This document shows, one piece after another, positions 16,403 through 34,897 of a stretch of DNA of 64,000 nucleotides (within the stretch, counting starts at the first letter, position 1; each line of letters starts with the position of its first letter). The translations under genes and the position numbers were made by a program. Where the stretch lies: NCBI RefSeq assembly GCF_009914755.1, contig NC_060934.1; one strand, 5' to 3'. This stretch comes from the human T2T-CHM13v2.0 reference genome, Homo sapiens. The notes under the pieces are model-generated. The model was not told the origin of the DNA, did not search any database, and saw nothing but the letters and a program-made list of their open reading frames with translations.

Positions 16403-16996
16403 CTATTAAGAGTTATGAGAAACATGGTTTGGGGCCACTCTTTTATAAGACTGTTTTCGTCACGCTGATAAAAATCTGTTATCTGAAACAGTGTCATTCA
16501 CTGGTTTTTGTTATTGCTGGTTCTATTCCCTTTGTACCCGTATACACTGAAAAAGTACAAATCTCAAATCCAGGTTGAGTAAGACAGTTTCTACCACCTT
16601 TGTGGACATCTCACCTCCTTATCCCTATTGCAGCTAAGGTGTTACTTAGGAAAAGTACTTCTCCCTAGAGCTTTGTTGCTAATTGCCAAAAATGGGTGTG
16701 ATGTGGCCAAGTGGAGTTGCAGGTTTTCCTCCTGGAATATATTTGTGAACAGGATAGGTTTTCCTTTGACAATGCTTTAAACATAGCTGGTGCTGAAGGG
16801 GGGTGTGTGTGTGCGCATGCGTATGCACGTGGTCCAACCCTTTGAGCTTTGAAATTAAATATTTATTGGTTTCAATCTCATGAAGAAACTCCAAAGTCCT
16901 TTGGAATCTCTCTCAAATGAATCAGGATTGGAGGGTTGAGTTCTGGGGGGGAAAAGTTATTGACTTCCTAAGAGTTTTTCTCTGTTGAATTTACAG

Positions 16997-17306
16997 GAAA
17001 CTGCTGGAAGGCGAGGAGACACGTTTTAGCACCAGTGGGTTAAGCATTTCGGGGCTGAATCCACTTCCCAATCCAAGTTACCTGCTCCCACCTAGAATCC
17101 TCAGTGCTACAACCTCCAAAGTCTCATCCACTGGGCTATCACTTAAGAAAGAGGAGGAGGAGGAGGAGGCATCTAAGGTAGCCTCTAAGAAAACCTCCCA
17201 GATAGGGGAAAGTTTTGAAGAAATATTAGAGGAGACAGTAATATCTACTAAGAAAACCGAGAAATCAAATATAGAAGAAACCACCATTTCAAGCCAAAAA
17301 ATATAA
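16997..17306 (+). CDS. INA: Alpha-internexin, coding exon 3 (end of rod and acidic tail) to TAA
   Basis: Acceptor TTTACAG|G completes the IF signature EIAAYR|KLLEGEETR. Tail has [11 protein letters not shown] and ends TTISSQKI*. Exon sum 1065+125+310=1500 nt = 499 aa plus stop. Confidence 0.97.
17151..17168 (+). repeat. (GAG)6 coding repeat, poly-Glu in the INA tail
   Basis: Six GAG codons in frame in exon 3. Confidence 0.9.
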
Positions 17307-18980
17307 TTCCATTGCTTTGAAAAAGTTAATGCTTAAGAGGGAATGATATGCATTTGACTTGTTAAACAGCCTATTCCTGAACTATAACACCTGCCACCAC
17401 TATAAAATGTCTTCAAGGCTTCAGTCTCATATTTAGTATTGAATACTTACATTCTCTAATAAGAAAACCACCCCTTAGATTGAAGTAAACTGCAGTCCTG
17501 GAGCAATCACAGATGAGTTATCTAAGAATACAGCTTTCTGACCTTCAGCTCACGCTTCACAGTGATCGATGATTCAGGTGCAGAGGAAGTACAAACTAAG
17601 GTGCTAAATCTGCGATCATCGTCATTTGCTGTGAACTGAAATTAAAACTATTCATGCTACCCAGCCATTACCCAGCTAAATAATCTTACTCTAGATACCT
17701 AAAACATAAGATCACTGCCAGAGATAAACTAATGGTCCACACCCAATTCCACTCTGATAGAATTATTTCACAAATAATAGGTGTTTGTTTAATGGACACT
17801 TTTCACCTCCTTCAATTCCATATATCCTTTTCTTCTATGTAGGAAAAAAATAGTCTAGTGTAGTATTCTTCCCTTTTAAACACATTTTGGTTCTTCTCAA
17901 AAGAACTTACCCCCATTCGCGCTCTGCTCAGTGGGTAAAATTAGATGCATGTTGACCATGTCTATGATTCGTGTAATTACTTATGCCTGCCCATTTCATA
18001 TTCTTTCAATTCTGTAGGTTAAAAAAATGGCAGTGATGAATTTTAAGGGTTTCCCCCAACATATAAAATAATGCAAAGAATCCCTAGACTTTAGGCTTTC
18101 AGCTTACACAAATCTATTTAATTAGGAAAAAAACTATTAAGGATGTAGCTTTTCACCTTTACTTTAGAAGCACAGTAAATATCCCAAACTGTGATGAAGC
18201 CGACCTTAGATTTAGTAGTGTAAGCTAGAAGAAGTGAGTGTTTCTATGAGTGGAAAAAGCCAAGGTGTCATTTATGTGTCAGTTCATTTGTGGTGATATA
18301 GAATTAGCTTTTTCATCCCCTTACCCTTAGAATCCACGTATTCCCCTTCCCACTAGCCTAGGTCATAAAGAGGCGTTGCTTTCACTCTCCTATGCCTTTT
18401 ACGAGTGCTAAGTGTAGGATATTTTGTCACCAGAACACAATGCTACCGCCCCAAAGTAAAAGAAACCACTTCTGGTCAATCAACACTACCAGCGTATATA
18501 TAAGAAAGACATCTTTCTCTTTTCTAAAAGACTTCCCTAACACTTACCCCATGGCTGCACAGTTGGTGGGGTCCTGCCGGAGAGGAAGAGACACTCAGAC
18601 CAGAGAAGGGGTGTGCATGCGCCTACTCGCTTGCTAGAAGTAGATTCTGGACAGTCAGCTCTTCATCTGCCCAACTGTGTAGCATCTGCATTGCCCAGTC
18701 TTTCATGTGTGCCAAGGCTGATGCAGGATTTGTTCTCTGTCCAGCAGTCACTTCGGCCAGAGCTGAAGAGTTGCCCCGTCTCTGTTCCATGTCTCCTTTA
18801 AGAGCTCTGGTGATAAGGACATGATGCTTTTACTGAACTTTCTTATCCTAGCACATGCTTCAATAGTTCAAGGAACTTGAAAAATACTTTTCCTTACCTT
18901 TACCCCATCCCTGTCTTTACTCCTCACACTTACTGTAAGACATTAGTAACATAATAAATTAAAAGTCACACGAATCTCAC
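17307..18980 (+). other. INA: INA 3'UTR (~1.7 kb, Alu-free)
   Basis: Unique sequence from the stop codon to overlapping AATAAA/ATTAAA signals; 3' end approximate. Confidence 0.8.
18953..18963 (+). terminator. INA polyadenylation signal (AATAAA 18953-18958 overlapping ATTAAA 18958-18963)
   Basis: Canonical hexamers followed by a GT-rich element (TTCGTGTTCTGTGGTT, ~18989-19004). Confidence 0.8.
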
Positions 18981-19888
18981 CAACATAATTCGTGTTCTGT
19001 GGTTCCTGCCCTTTCACTGAGAGAAGCACTGTTTGGGTTCAGAGTCAGTCTGGCTCTGACTGATTTGTATCTTCTCTTTTTAGTGAGCCACCTTAATTGC
19101 CATGAACTTATTTATAGAAGAAAGATATTGGCCAAGCGTGGTGGCTCATGCCTGGAATCCCAACACTTTGGGAGGCCAAGGTGGGGGTGGTGGGGCAGAT
19201 GGCCTGATCCCAGGAGTTCGAGACCAGCCTGGGCAACATAGGGAGACCTCATCTCTCAAAAAAATACAAAAATTAGCCAACTGTGGTGGCTCCTGTAGTC
19301 CCAGCTACTGGGGAGCTGAGGTGGGAGGATCACTTCAGCCCGGGAGGTGGATGCTGCAGTGAGTTGAGATCACGCCACTGCACTCCAGCTTGGGCAACAG
19401 AGTGAGACCCTATCTCAAAAAAAAGAAGAGTAACTTACAGAGTTGAAAAATGATTAATTCAGAATAATAGATAACATGGAAAATGTTCAGAATCAAAGCA
19501 GAGAGGTCAAGAGAAGGAAAGCAAGTGACATCAACTGTTACCTAAACAAGACAACAAAATGAATCCAAGAGATGAGGGGAAAGCCTTCCTGCAGCATGTG
19601 CTAATGATATCCCATATGACTTTCAGATTCATTAGACAATTATATCCCCTGCATCCAGAGACTTCATAATAGCTAAACTTTATTCAGTACCTATTTACTA
19701 TGTGTCAGACACTATATGAGCTAGTAAACAGAATTGTATAAACCTCACAACTACTCGTTAGGTATAGTATTTGTATCCCCATTTTACAAATGAAGAAGTA
19801 GAACCTCAGAATAACAAGGTTAATACCCTGGTCTGATATCACACAGGAAGTGGCAGAGCTGAGCTTTGGACCCTTGTCTTCTGTCTGA

Positions 19889-20236
<348 letters not shown>

Positions 20237-21258
20237 TAAATCCCCTTGCTGAAGGGAGTAGAAGTCTTTCTTTTTATCTTGTTCCACCTCTTTCTCACCA
20301 TGTTTTACTTAAGGTTTCTCTGTCCCAGAAAACTTTTGCAACACCAAATCCTCCAGGCAAACTGCTGCACTCGCAGACTTCCTCAGCCGCTGCCTTCCTG
20401 CATTGCCAGGAGGTGGTGGTATCTCAAAACTGGACTTTGGGCCCAGGCAACCACAAATCACCTCTGCTTCTGCCAAAAATTACATAGACTTGGGTACTCG
20501 TTTTCTATTAAAAAAAAAAAAAAAAAGGGAGGTGGGGTGGGCTTTCTTATAATTTAGCAAAGGAATTCTGTAGCTTCCCATCAAGGGGCCAGAAAATGAG
20601 GGCGTATTACAGAAGGGACAATTCTACAAGAGGTGGTCAATCCAGGGCACTTAGAATTCATTCTACCGCCTTGGCTATCAAGGCAAAATCTGAACAACTG
20701 TCTGGAGGCTACAGCCCAAAGTTTAGCTCCAGAGTTAATGTAAGTCACAAATAATTGTGGGGATAAACTTCTAGAACTTACTTGTGAACTCGAACAGAGG
20801 ACCAGTGCCACCATTAATGGCTCTAAGGACAAACATGAAATAGCTTTTAAAATGTATTTAAGGTCATACGCGGTGGTTCACGCCCGTAATCCTGGCACTT
20901 TGGGAGGCTGAGGCAGGTGAATCACTTGAGGTCAAGAGTTCAGGGCCAGCCTGGCCAACATGGTGAAACTCCATTTCTACTAAAAATACAAAAACTAGCC
21001 AGATGTGGTGGCACGTACCTGTAATCCCAGCTACTCGGGAGGCTGAGAGAGGAGAATTGCTTGAACCCAGGGGGTGGAGGTTGCAGCTAGCTGAGATCGC
21101 ACCACTTCACTCCAGCCTGGGTGAAAGAGTGAAACTGTGTCTCAAAAAAAAAAAAAGAGTATTTAAAAATCAACTGGGGCCAAGTGTGGTGGCTCACACC
21201 TGTAATCCCAGCACTTTGGGAGTCTGAGGCGGGTGGACCACGTGACTTCAGGAGTTCA

Positions 21259-21501
<243 letters not shown>

Positions 21502-21634
21502 TTACCAAGGCTTGGCTGGGCGCAGTGCCTCACGCCTGTAATCCGAGAATTTTGGGAGGCCGAGGCGGGTGGATCACCTGAGGTCAGGAGTTCGAGAGCA
21601 GCCTGGCCAACATGGTGGAACCCCATCTCTACTA

Positions 21635-21775
<141 letters not shown>

Positions 21776-21809
21776 CTAGAGCAAAACACAGTCTCAAAAA
21801 AAAAAAAAA

Positions 21810-22008
21810 GTTGCCAGGGTTGGAGAGAGGGGGCAATGGGGCATGACTATTCATCTGATATGGGGTTTTATTTTGGTGTGATGAAGATGTTGTGGAACTA
21901 GATAGAGGTGGTGGCAGCACAACATTGTGAATGCACTAAGTGCCACTGAATCATTCACTTTAAAATGATTGATTTTATGTTATATAAATTTCACCTCAAT
22001 TTTAAAAA
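21810..22008 (+). mobile_element. L1MB-type 3' end fragment
   Basis: GTTGCCAGGG...GGTGTGATGAAGATGTTGTGGAACTAGATAGAGGTGGTGG...CAACATTGTGAATGCACTAAGTGCCACTGAAT...CACTTTAAAATG. Confidence 0.75.
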
Positions 22009-22120
22009 CCCGCTGGTAGGAAATTTGGCCAGGCATGGTGGCTCACGCCTGTAATCCCAGCACTTTGGGTGGCCGAGGCGGGCAGATCACAAGGTCAGGA
22101 GGTCGAGACCATCCTGTCTA

Positions 22121-22567
<447 letters not shown>

Positions 22568-23160
22568 TAATTTTTGTATTTTTAGTAAAGACGGGGTTTT
22601 GCCATGTTGGCCAAGCCGATCTCAAACTCCTGGTCTCAAGTGATCTGCCTGGCTTGGCCTCCCAAAATGCTGGGATTACAGGTGTGAGCCACCGCACCTG
22701 GCCTGTACCTGAAAATTAGCACAGTAATTTAAAATGGAAATAACAGAGAGTGGGCTTCATGGGCGTTTAAAGCAGAACTCATATGTGACATTTGATTTTT
22801 CTTTATAGAACACATAATACTGGCTTTGCGAAATTTTCAAGCTTAAGGTACGGGTTACATTGAAGTCATCATGCATTTTGCGATTTTCAAATATCTCACC
22901 TGCCATTTTCAAAAGGGTGGGTGCTCCTGAATCTAGCAAATAAAGGACTGTTTTTATTACATTACCATGCCCTGCTGCATACTCTTAAAGAATGAAGAGA
23001 GTGATTACTATATAGATCAAAGGGCTTCTCTCCTCCTTTGTTGATCTCCCATAAGATGGTTTGATTTCCCCTATGTTTTATGCTGATATTTCACAGGCTT
23101 ACTAGCTGGGGGCGGAGACCAGCTAAGATTTATAAACCCTTTTTTACATTCCCTTTAAAA

Positions 23161-23190
23161 CACACACATACACACACACACATACACACA
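23161..23190. repeat. Interrupted (CA)n microsatellite
   Basis: Directly visible. Confidence 0.85.
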
Positions 23191-24336
23191 GCAGAATTAT
23201 GATAAAATGGAGTGAGTCACACTGCAGATATTTCAAGACTTATTTTTTTGCAGTGTCTCAGGGATTCTGAATGAAACAAAACAGAGGAAGCTCAAGCTAC
23301 AAAGAAAACTGAAGATTGAAGTTAGAGGGGTCTCTAGGCTTGCTTCCTCATTGATTAATCACTGTGGATCACCACATGGCTATTCTCTCCCATAATGAGG
23401 CAAATGGTCTCTGTTCTGGGTCTGAGACATTTCATTCTAGTTCTATCATACACTCCTAAGGGTTATAGAATGCTCAGTAGAGTGTAACCAAGATCATTTG
23501 TATAAGGACTAGAGTTTTGGAATACTAACGAGTGGCAGCTTTTAGTCAATTGCTGATTATTGCACATGGCAAAAATAGCATATTTTCTTAGAAGTGCTTA
23601 TTAAAACAAATTTAACTCACAGGTTCATTTGCTATGCTACATGTATGAATAAGTGAGAGGTGTAATTTCAATCTTCCATGGTTTCCTGGGATAAGAATTC
23701 ATACACGACATTTAAAATTCCTGATATTCTTTAGGGCTAAACAATACTTTATCTTAAACTAAGGCTTTAGCTCAACAACAGGAACTCTTTCTGACAACTG
23801 AAACTGTCTGTCCATGGAATAATCTGGTCATAAAGCAGAAGCAGAAGAGCTAAGATTGGAATTAGGGTGAAAGCAGAATGCAGGTCCAACTTCTGCTCCT
23901 GAGATGTTGATCGCCAAGCTGTATCCCCATCTCTTTCCTGGTTATTGATAGAAGCAGGTAAGATGATAAATATGTAAGAAGAAAGGAAAAAATAGATGGC
24001 TCAACAGCAATCTTGTAATATTAATGGACCCTCTTATTCATCAGAAAGGAACTAACTCAGCAAAGTAATCTGAGAAGTGAGTATGTAAGGACCATATTTG
24101 AACTTGATAATAGATTGTGCCAGGTACTGTTCTCAGTGCTTTATATATTCACTTGATTCTCATGACAACCCCTTGAGTTAGGTACCATTGTTCCCTTTTA
24201 CAGAGAAGAAAAACTAAAGTTTACAAAAGTTAAATAATATGTCCAAGATCACAGAGTTTGCAAGCAGCAAAGCTGGGATTTTATGTTTTTGTTTTTTGTT
24301 TTTGTTGTTTGTTTTTTTGTTTTTCTTTGTTTTTGA

Positions 24337-24651
<315 letters not shown>

Positions 24652-25394
24652 TAACGACTATGCAATACTGCCTTTATGTCTTATTTTATTTTATTTTATT
24701 TTACTTATTTTTTAAGAGACAGAGTCTCATTCTGCCGCCCAGGCTGGAGTGCAGTGTTATAATTATAGCTCACTGCAGTCTTGAACTCCTGGGGTCAAGT
24801 GATCCTCCCGAGTAGCTGGGATTACAGGCACAAAGAACCGTGCCCAGCTCCCTGCCTTTATTTCTGTTCAGGGAAAAAAAATGTTCCTGGCAGCCTTTTC
24901 TTCATCTTCTAATTTAAAATATTATTCAACTAGCTTTTCTCTCAGGGAAAATGTTTCCTGAGAAACCTCAGAAGAAAAAATTGTTTCTCATTTCAATGAA
25001 AATGGTGTCATAATAAGAAGCCCTGTAAAACCACAGACACCATCAGCACCAAATCAAAATGCAGTATCGATCAAGCCATAATACCCATTCTGTGTAAGTA
25101 ACTACTTGGCAGGCTTTCGGGAGATCAATATGTCATTTCATTTGTGAGAGGACTATTAATCTCTACAGGTAATAAAATTTAGATTTCACTAGTCCAGTTG
25201 TGAAGAGAAGCCAATAATCAAACTCATATACACAACAACATAATGAAAAAGGATAAAAAATAGGACTTCCTCTTAAGACATGGTCTACTAAAGAAAACAA
25301 AGATGAACATTCAGAATCAGCATGTGCTTGAATCTTCTCTATTATCAGAGGTTTCCAAGATAACAAAATACAGCATAGTGGTTGCAATGACTAG

Positions 25395-25667
<273 letters not shown>

Positions 25668-26074
25668 TGAGCCACTGCACCCAGCTGCGAGTTTTAAAGA
25701 AAAGAAAAAACAGAATAAAAATTTTAACAGTGAGTTACAAATACATCTGATGAGTAAATATCTCCTGGTGAAATTATAAGAACACTTATCTAAGAGTGGA
25801 TAATAGGGTACACACTTTGGACAAGCTGAATTGGACAAATACATGGGTCCAAGGTGTTACTTTCAGGAATCCTAAACCAAGTCTCTGTAGGAGAGGGGAT
25901 AGAGTATGTCCAGGTCGGTGTTAGCTTGGAGTCCAAAGGAAGAACTGTTGAAACTAGGTAAGAATGCATCTGACTGAAGCAGCAGAGAAAGGCAGTGCAG
26001 AGGAAGGAGAGTGACGCCCAAGGGTCAGCGGGAATGGCTGAGATCTATATTACAGAGAAAACGGGATGGCATTA

Positions 26075-26431
<357 letters not shown>

Positions 26432-27553
26432 TTAAAAAAAAAAATAAAACTACCATGAACTATTCCTCTGGGCATCTTTGCTTAATATTACCTCAGATAG
26501 GGATTAGGCAAAAACAAAAGGACCTGCAAATTGTCCCAATCAAACAAATCTTTCTTTAGCCATTGAAGTTAGGCTCTAGAATCTGTACTTCATATGCTCT
26601 ATTGCAAACTTTTGTGCAGATTTGGGTATCTAGTTTTGTTTCTGTTTCTGTTCCTAGTAAAAACTCCTTTTGAAAAAACTTTCAACCAGGCACAGTGGCT
26701 CATGCCTGTAATTTCAGCACTTTAGGAGGCTGAGGCAGGAGAATTGCTTGAACCTAGGCGGCAGAGGTTGCAGTGAGCTGAGATCGAGCCACTGCACTCC
26801 AGCTTGGGAGACAGAGTGAGACTCTGTGTCAAAAAAAAATTAATAAAATAAAAAACCTTCATCTCAGCTAAACTAAATGCATGGTGCTGGTGGTGACAAT
26901 AAGACTAACACATGTATCCGGGCCTTGTGCACCTTCAGCAGAGATAAAGTGAGAACAGGTAAGTGGGGGAATCAGAGTGAATCAAGACTGGGCATTTGAG
27001 CCTGACATGGTGGCTCATGACTGTAACCCCAGCACTTTGGGATGCTGAGGTGGACAGAAACCCCAACTCCACTAAAAATACAAAAATTAGCCAGGCATGG
27101 TGGCAGGCACCTGTAGTCCCAGTTACTCAGGAGGCTGAGGTGGGGGAGGATTCCTTGAGCTGGGAAGATGGAGCCTGCAGTGAGCTGAGATCATGCCACG
27201 GCACTCCAGCCTGGGAAACAGAGGGAGACCTTATCTCAAAAAAAAAAAAAAAAAAAAAAAAGCTGGGTGTGGTGGCTCATGCCTGTAATCCCAGCACTTT
27301 GGGAGGCTGAGGCAGGCGGATCATGAGGGTCAGGAGTTCGAGACCAACAACAACAACAACAACAAAAGACTGGGCGTTTTTTTTTTTTTTTTTTTTTTAA
27401 GGAGACAGAGTCTCACTTTGTCACCCAGGCTGGAGTGTGCAGTGCAGTGGCATGATTGTAGCTCACTGCAGCCTTGACCTCCTGGGCTCAAGCAATCTCC
27501 TTGCTTCAGCCTCCCAAGTAGCTGGGATCAGAGGAGCACACAACCACGACTAG

Positions 27554-27732
<179 letters not shown>

Positions 27733-27862
27733 TAGTAGAGATGGGGTTTCACCGTGTTAGCCAGGATGGTCTTGATCTCCTGACCTCGTGATCCGCCCAC
27801 CTTGGCCTCCCAAAGTGCTGGGATTACAGGAGTGAGCCACCTCGCCCGGCACAACTAGCTAA

Positions 27863-27985
<123 letters not shown>

Positions 27986-29031
27986 TGAGTAGATGGGACT
28001 ACAGGCTCGCCCCACCATACCTGGCTAATTTTTGTATTTTTTGTAGAGTCGGTGTTTCGCCATGTTGCCCAGGCTGGTCTCAAACTCCTGGGCTCAGGCG
28101 ATCCTCCCACATTTGCCTCCCGAAGTGCTGGAATTACAGGCGTGAGCCATGGTGCCCAGCATCTGGCTAATTTTTACTTGTGGTTTTTCCCTCATTTTTT
28201 GACCTTCTGGTTATTTAAAGACAGCTACAGGCCGGGCGCGGTGGCTCACGCCTGTAATCCTCGCACTTTGGGAGGCCGAGGTGCGTGGATCATGAGGTCA
28301 GGAGTTCAAGACCAGTCTGGCCAAGATGGTGAAACCCCATCTCTACTAAAAATACAAAAAATTAGCCGGGCACGGTGGCGGGCACGGTGGCAGGCACTTG
28401 TAATCTCAGCTACTTGGGAGGTTGAGGCAGAAAAATCGCTTGAACTCGGAGGATGGAGGTTGCAGTAAGCCGAGATCTTGCCAATGCACTCCAGCCTGGT
28501 GACAGAGCAAGACTCTGTTTAAAAAAAAAAAAGAAAAGGTAGAATTTTTTTGACTCACAGTACTTACCAATAACTGCTTTTTATTAGATTCTTAGAGGTG
28601 TTGTAACCCATAGGCTGTGAGTTCCTTGAAGACAGATCACTCCTCTTTGAATCTTCTTGTCCACACAATGTCTAACAAGTGACACTCTTAACTTGCTCAT
28701 CACAGAAGTGTTTATCAAATAATTACATTTGATATTCTACTTTTAAGGAGATAAGTATTTTGCCATGTTACAGTAATGAATGGGATGGTTATTGAGGAAA
28801 ATAGGGGGTAAGTGAATGCTTACCCCAAGTCTACAGTTGAGTCTCTGTGGGGATAATCTCTTCCCTGAAATGGCAAAATTTGTAATGTGGCCGGGCGCGT
28901 TGGCTCACACCTGTAATCCCAGCACTTTGGGAGGCTGAGGTGGGCGGATCACGAGGTCCACGAGGTCAGCAGTTTGAGACCAGCCTGATCAACATGGTGA
29001 AACCCCGTCTCTACTAAAAATACAAAAATTA

Positions 29032-29438
<407 letters not shown>

Positions 29439-29701
29439 TCAACTCACTTGTTACAAGTGGCACATTCTAAGTAGCTACTAAAGATCAGGCTTTTTTTGAG
29501 ACAGTGTCTTGCTCTGTTGCCTAGGCTGGAGTGCAGCGGCAGGATCGTAGCTCACTGTAGCCTTGACCACCCAGGCTATTGATCCTCCTGAGTAGTTGGG
29601 ACTACAGCCATTCACCACCATGCCCAGGTAATTTTTTTTTTTTTTCTGTAGAGATGGGATCTTGCTATGTTGCCTAGGCTGGTCTCGAATTCCTGAGCTC
29701 A

Positions 29702-29947
<246 letters not shown>

Positions 29948-30055
29948 TAGTAGAGACGTTGGCCAGGCTGGTTTCAAACTCCTGACCTCAAATGATCTGC
30001 CCGTCTGGCCTCCCAAAGTGCTGGGATTACAGGCATGAGCCACAGTGCCTGACCT

Positions 30056-30089
<34 letters not shown>

Positions 30090-30190
30090 TGAGATGGAGT
30101 CTTGCTCTGTCTCCCAGGCTGGAATGCAATGGTGCAATCTCAGCTCACTGCCTCCCAGATTCAAGCAATTCTCCTTCCTCAGCCTCCTGA

Positions 30191-30394
<204 letters not shown>

Positions 30395-30409
30395 TAAACA
30401 CTAACATTC

Positions 30410-31523
30410 CCAAATAGGTTAAAATACATTTTTATTAAATGTTAGAATAAATTTATACACAATTCACAAATTCTTTACAAAGAATTGCCAATCTTTTTCC
30501 AATTTTGTAGTAGTCTCTACACATTCAGAAATTCTGCTGTTAAACAGGATTTATAAAATATTTCTTTCAGAAAGCATCACAATGCTAATTTTAGGCAAAT
30601 AATGTTTTAAAACTGAAGTCTTTGCATGGAGGTGAGCTCAAACACCCTTATTCTTTATTGCAGTGATGAAATAATGAGAAAAATAAACATTAAACTGACT
30701 TACTAAGAAAACAATGAATAAGTAATTCTGTAAACTTCTCAAATTCTCCTAAAATTTTTTATTACTTTCAGAAGCAATACTATTGCAAGGTATCAACAAC
30801 CACACTATGTACCCAAATAAAATGAATGTCAGAAATAAAAATACTGTCACAAAGAAGCACCCCTTATTGGAAGATGTATTGAAGAAGTCTTATTACACTG
30901 AAATTTTATGGCACAGATCATAAACTCAGAGTCTCTTCACACATAATAACAATTCATCCATTTTGAAATGAGTAACTTCTCCTTTGTAGTGTTGCTAGTA
31001 TAAAAAAAGGTACAAGTTCAAAATATGCTGGCAACATACAAAAGTGGCCAATAGTTTTGGTCTTTGAGAGTACACCCTGCAGTTTAACAAAGACTGGCTT
31101 TGAATCTTCCACTCAAAAGCACACTTCTCTTCCAAAAAGATGACTGCCCAACTGATGCCATCCCAGAGAGCAGATATCCCAACCACCAACTTGAAATGGC
31201 TGAACAAAGAAAACTAACCAATTACTTCAAAGATGGGAAGCAAAATCAATGTCAAGGTATTTAAAATCATAAGAAATTTTAAAATTCAATTTTTGAAAAA
31301 TTTCCCCTGAGCTTTGGCTGCTTTTTATATACAGTCTCTAGTAACAGATGCATTCCATCGTTCCAAGTTGTACTTATAAACGCTATAATTCTTGGTGCTA
31401 AAAATAGGTAAGTTATGTCTTGAACAGCAAAGTGGTAGCAATTACATTTCATGGAAATCTTTGGTGAGATGCAGTCCTGCAGAAGCCTCCTTTGTTTCCC
31501 TCCTCATAATGTGCCTAGAATCT
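30410..31523 (-). other. PCGF6: PCGF6 3'UTR (~1.1 kb, AT-rich, Alu-free)
   Basis: Unique sequence between the stop codon and the distal AATAAA, bounded by an Alu cluster; end approximate. Confidence 0.75.
30431..30436 (-). terminator. PCGF6 distal polyadenylation signal AATAAA
   Basis: TTTATT on the + strand, with a GT-rich minus-strand downstream element (TGTTAGTGTTTACTGTGG). Further AATAAA at 30654-30659 and 30758-30763. Confidence 0.7.
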
Positions 31524-31580
31524 TCAAGTTATCTTCAGAGGAGAAACCACAAGACCATAATGAAGGACAAGCAGACCATC
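31524..31580 (-). CDS. PCGF6: PCGF6 last coding exon to TGA
   Basis: TTTTTTCTCCCCTTTTCAG|GAT. Encodes [18 protein letters not shown], including the RAWUL C-terminal LxLxY strand. Confidence 0.95.
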   Translation of the reverse strand, partial: DGLLVLHYGLVVSPLKIT

Positions 31581-31712
31581 CTGAAAAGGGGAGAAAAAAA
31601 GACGATTTTGCAGTTCTTTCAAACCAGTAATGCAAATGATCAAGTCAAAGCTGGCTTACTTTTTTTTAATAATCTAACACTAAGGTGAAATTCTTTAATT
31701 TAAAGAAAATAA

Positions 31713-32360
<648 letters not shown>

Positions 32361-32554
32361 TGACCACCTGGGCTCAAGCGATCCTCCCACCTCAGCCTTA
32401 TGAATAGCTGGGAAAATAGACACGCACCACCACCAGACTCATTTTTGTATTTTTTGTAGGAGACAGAGTTTCACCGTATTGCATAGGCTGGGCTCAAACA
32501 ATCTGCCTGTCTCAGACTCCCAAAGTGCTGGGATTACAAGCGTGAGCCATCTAG

Positions 32555-33014
<460 letters not shown>

Positions 33015-33680
33015 TGACCAGCTGGAACGACAGGGGCCCGCCATCACGCCTGGCTAATTTTCGTAATTTTAGTAGAGACGGGGTTTCACCATGTTGGCCA
33101 GGCTGGTCCCGAACTCCTGACCTCAGGTGATCTGCCCACCTCAGCCTTCCAAAGTGCTGGGATTACAAGTGTGACCCGCTGCACCCGGCCCTAGACTTCT
33201 TAATAGACTATTTAAGCATTAGATTCTCCTAAAAAAGACTCAACTACTACAACGCATCGCAGATCTGTTCATTTCCACATAAATGCAGCTCACCACTATA
33301 ATAATTGCTAAAGCTCTGAAACACTTACTCATTTAATGAAAGCCTAAAATATATATGTTTTACTTCTGCCTTAAAGAATGCCCTCAGCTGGATGCAGTGG
33401 CTCATGCCTGTAATCCCAACACTTTGAGAGTCCGAGGTGGGCAGGTCACTTGAGACCGGGAGTTCAAGACCAGCCTGGGCAACATGGTGAAACTCCCCCT
33501 CTCTACTTATATAATTTAAAAAAAAAAAAAAGGAAAAAGAATTTTTTAAAAGAGTAAAGAATGCCCCAGGGCAGTTAGGCAACTTAACCCCCATACTATA
33601 TGATTCCAGATGCTATGTGTCCAAGTCTTTTTATCTACTTTTTGTGGCGTTCTATCTCCTTTCTTGATACCAGATCTTAA

Positions 33681-33846
<166 letters not shown>

Positions 33847-33899
33847 TAGCTGGGATTACAGGCAGGCGTCAACACCCACCGCTAATTTTTGTATTTTGA

Positions 33900-34046
<147 letters not shown>

Positions 34047-34441
34047 TAATTTCCTGCAGACTGGATAACTAGCTAAAAGGAAAGGTCATTGGGAAATGTG
34101 CCACAGACCTGAACTGAGCAACACAGAGAAGGGGTTGCAGCTCATATATCCTGTATTTCCAGTGCTGCTCTGGCTATTACTCTCCTTCGCTTCTTTGCTA
34201 AGCTTTTCCATGGCTCCACTTCCTCACTCCTCAACTCACTGCAATCTGGTTTGTGTTCCTGGCAATTACAGTAAAAACTCACCAGAATTCTAGAAAAAGG
34301 TTCACAAATTCAAGTGCCCACAAGGCCCAGGCCAGTAACATAAATGAATACATAAGTTAGGTATGTGAAGTCAATAGGCAATGTTGAAGACCAGTGGTAA
34401 ACCAGAGAGAGCAGATGTCTATCTAAAGAAATTTAAACTCA

Positions 34442-34615
<174 letters not shown>

Positions 34616-34618
34616 TCA

Positions 34619-34897
<279 letters not shown>

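Noticed and set aside
33329-33343. Possible 15-nt stop-containing PCGF6 microexon (TTTTAG|GCTTTCATTAAATGA|GTAAGT)
   Set aside because: Very poor pyrimidine tract; such matches are expected by chance in AT-rich introns.
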